Assembly (NCBI GenBank): GCA_030587475.2
Contig: JAUQYZ020000045.1
Coordinates: 1-17,633 of the forward strand
Origin: Candidatus Sigynarchaeum calidifontis
GTDB taxonomy: Archaea; Asgardarchaeota; Lokiarchaeia; Sigyniarchaeales; Sigyniarchaeaceae
DNA length: 17,633 bases
Direction of reading: 5' to 3'
The position numbers and the translations under genes are program-made. Positions 15,736-17,633 of the stretch are shown piece by piece (the first letter of the stretch is position 1; the number at the start of each line of letters is the position of its first letter). The notes under the pieces are model-generated. The model did not search any database. It was not told where the DNA came from and saw nothing but the letters and a program-made list of their open reading frames with translations.

Positions 15736-16550
15736 CAGATCCAATGGAGATCAAACCAATCAAAACCCCCGTCATCAAGCCCGGCGACGACTTGATCCGG
15801 ATCCTATTGAATTCGATGCAATCTCAAGGGATGTGCTTGAAACCGGGAGACATTATCGTCGCGGGGGAAAAAGTTGTCGCGACCGCCCAGGGACGCATCG
15901 TCGACCTCGCCACGATCAACGAGAACGTCATCCCCGAACAAGCGAAAAGAATTGGCGAGAAGTATCATATCGATCCCAGGAAGGTTAAAATCATCATGGA
16001 CGAGTCAGAGGAGATACTCGGCGGCGTCGACACGGTCTTGCTGACGAGATCGCGTGGGCTCTTACTCGCCAACGCGGGCATTGACTCGTCGAACGCGGGC
16101 AAGAGCACGAATGTTATCTTGTTCCCGTCCGACTTGTGGGGCACCACTCGGCAGCTGCGGGCTGCGCTGGAAAATGCCTCGGGTGTAAAACCCCTCGGGT
16201 TCATGATCATCGACTCGCGCGTCCAGCCGCTGAAGGTCGGCGTGATCGGTGGCGCGCTCGCAGTATCCGGGTTCCAGCCCGTCGAGGACATCCGCGGGCA
16301 GAAGGACATCTTCGGCCGCGTGTTACTCATCAAGCAGATCGCTGTCGCGGATGACTTGAGCAGCGCCGCCGAGATCGTCATGCGCGAGGCTGCGGAGCAG
16401 ACACCATTCGTTCTCGTCCGCGATGCGCCTGTAAAGTTTGTCCCGGACGACCAGATAAATGAAGAGGCCATGATCATGCCCATTGAACAGTGCCTCTTCA
16501 TGAATGTTTTCAAGAATTATAAAAAAGACAAGATCTTGCTTAAAAAGTGA
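15732..16550 (+). CDS. cofE: coenzyme F420-0:gamma-glutamyl ligase family protein (CofE; possibly a FolC2-type pteroate glutamyl ligase)
   Basis: PVIKPGDDL, DIIVAGEKVVATAQGR, NAGIDSSN, IIDS, RGQKDIFGRVL, AVADDLSSAA, EQTPFVLVR; GTGA overlap with folP. Confidence 0.88.
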   Translation: MTDPMEIKPIKTPVIKPGDDLIRILLNSMQSQGMCLKPGDIIVAGEKVVATAQGRIVDLATINENVIPEQAKRIGEKYHIDPRKVKIIMDESEEILGGVDTVLLTRSRGLLLANAGIDSSNAGKSTNVILFPSDLWGTTRQLRAALENASGVKPLGFMIIDSRVQPLKVGVIGGALAVSGFQPVEDIRGQKDIFGRVLLIKQIAVADDLSSAAEIVMREAAEQTPFVLVRDAPVKFVPDDQINEEAMIMPIEQCLFMNVFKNYKKDKILLKK

Positions 16551-16556
16551 TCTTTT

Positions 16557-17456
16557 TTGGCCGAATCGACCGAGGATGTCATTCTCATCCGCCCACCTTG
16601 CGAGGCGTGGTCCGTGCTCATCGGCGTGACCGAGGGTTGTAACTGGGGGAAATGTAGGTTTTGCGGGGTGTACGATGGAAAGCAACTCGTGCAAAGGTAC
16701 CGCGTGCGGCCGTGGGAATCCATCAAGGCGGACATAGACGAGGCATGGTTTTGTCATCAAACGCTCCCCCGGCGAGCATTCCTCGCGGGAGGCAGCGCTT
16801 TAAGTGCGCCGGTCGATTTGTTGGTGAAAACCCTCGATTATTTGCATAAAAGATTTCCGAGAATGGATCACGTGAGTTCCTACGCGAAGAACCATGACAT
16901 TTTGAAAAAAACAGACGATGAACTCAAGCAATTGGCAGATGCAGGCTTGACCATCGTGTACATGGGCCTGGAATCCGGATCGGATGCGGTCTTGAAGTAC
17001 ATGAACAAGGGAACGCGTGTCGCGGGCATGATCAGGGCGGCGAGGAAAGTCATGGCCGCCGGCATCAAGCTCTCCACGTACGTCGTGCTCGGCCTTGGCG
17101 GTAAGATGTTCCCAGATCATCCCTACGAGACAGCCAAGGCATTGACGTCGATGAATCCCACGTTTATACGTTTCAGGAGCCTCAATTTCATCCCGAACGC
17201 CCCATTGCACGACGATTGGATGGCGGGCAAGTTCGTGGCTTTGCGGCCCGTTGAAATATTACAAGAACAACTTGCGATCCTGGAACACATCGGCCCAGAA
17301 GTCACTTCTCGTGTCCTCAACGACCACGTGTCCAACTTTGTAGATATCGACGGGCAGCTCCCCGGCGACAAGGAACGCATCACGAATATATTGAAAACCT
17401 TGATTGCCGACCCGCGCATCCAGGCCCTTGAACATAGAAATCGGACGGTAATGTAA
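16557..17456 (+). CDS. radical SAM protein (RPPxEA...CxxxxCxxC subtype), function unknown
   Basis: RPPCEAWSVLIGVTEGCNWGKCRFCGVY, FLAGG, YMGLESGSD.VL..MNKG, VVLGLGG, DHVSN; TTG start 6 nt after the cofE stop. Confidence 0.9.
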   Translation: MAESTEDVILIRPPCEAWSVLIGVTEGCNWGKCRFCGVYDGKQLVQRYRVRPWESIKADIDEAWFCHQTLPRRAFLAGGSALSAPVDLLVKTLDYLHKRFPRMDHVSSYAKNHDILKKTDDELKQLADAGLTIVYMGLESGSDAVLKYMNKGTRVAGMIRAARKVMAAGIKLSTYVVLGLGGKMFPDHPYETAKALTSMNPTFIRFRSLNFIPNAPLHDDWMAGKFVALRPVEILQEQLAILEHIGPEVTSRVLNDHVSNFVDIDGQLPGDKERITNILKTLIADPRIQALEHRNRTVM

Positions 17457-17495
17457 GCAAATAGCTCAATCGCGGGCTAGAGGACGGACGGTCAT

Positions 17496-17633
17496 TTAGG
17501 CGGGGATCGTCTCGAACAACCCCTCCAGCGAGTAGCGCTTGTGCTTGTACGAGCAGGTCCACGGGCGTTTCGGTCGGGAGATGTAGTTCACGTGCAGCGT
17601 CTTGAGCAATTGCACGGTTTCCTTGGTCATGAA
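17496..17633 (-). pseudogene. truncated DDE transposase fragment (IS701/IS4-like), entering from the right edge
   Basis: The minus frame from 17633 reads FMTKETVQLLKTLHVNYISRPKRPWTCSYKHKRYSLEGLFETIPA*. This resembles the segment after the second catalytic Asp (DxWF...L...YIxRxK). It stops before any RWxIE motif. Only 45 residues are visible. Confidence 0.5.

Noticed and set aside
1-17633. tRNA, rRNA, CRISPR array, prophage/integrase or defence genes
   Set aside because: Intergenic gaps are short and showed no cloverleaf, regularly spaced repeats or such genes on manual reading; a covariance-model scan was not possible.

Overview
Archaeal chromosomal window, most likely Asgard (Lokiarchaeia-like). 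This is inferred from an archaeal tRNA-splicing endonuclease, TATA-like boxes about 20-35 nt upstream of start codons and an IPGY-TM-basic 'Loki-CTERM'-type sorting signal. From left to right: endA running off the left edge (minus strand, missing from the ORF track); a 46-aa orphan ORF; a CDC48/p97 N-domain-vWA fusion with no AAA ATPase; a truncated PQQ-type propeller surface protein; a 1327-aa GCS2/YbdK-type carboxylate-amine ligase fused to about 850 aa of predicted cytoplasmic beta-sandwich domains; a MOP-superfamily flippase-like protein. Four minus-strand genes follow (AKR-like barrel, coiled-coil protein, surface glycoprotein, aldehyde dehydrogenase), then a tightly packed cluster (His-less acyl-CoA synthetase alpha-like, folP, cofE-like ligase, radical SAM) and a DDE transposase remnant at the right edge. 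The best candidates for something new are the giant GCS2-beta-sandwich ligase and the ATPase-less CDC48N-vWA protein, which may together form a protein-tagging/adaptor system. Next is the folP-cofE(FolC2-like) operon led by a catalytically degenerate acyl-CoA synthetase. All calls come from reading motifs by eye; no searches were run.
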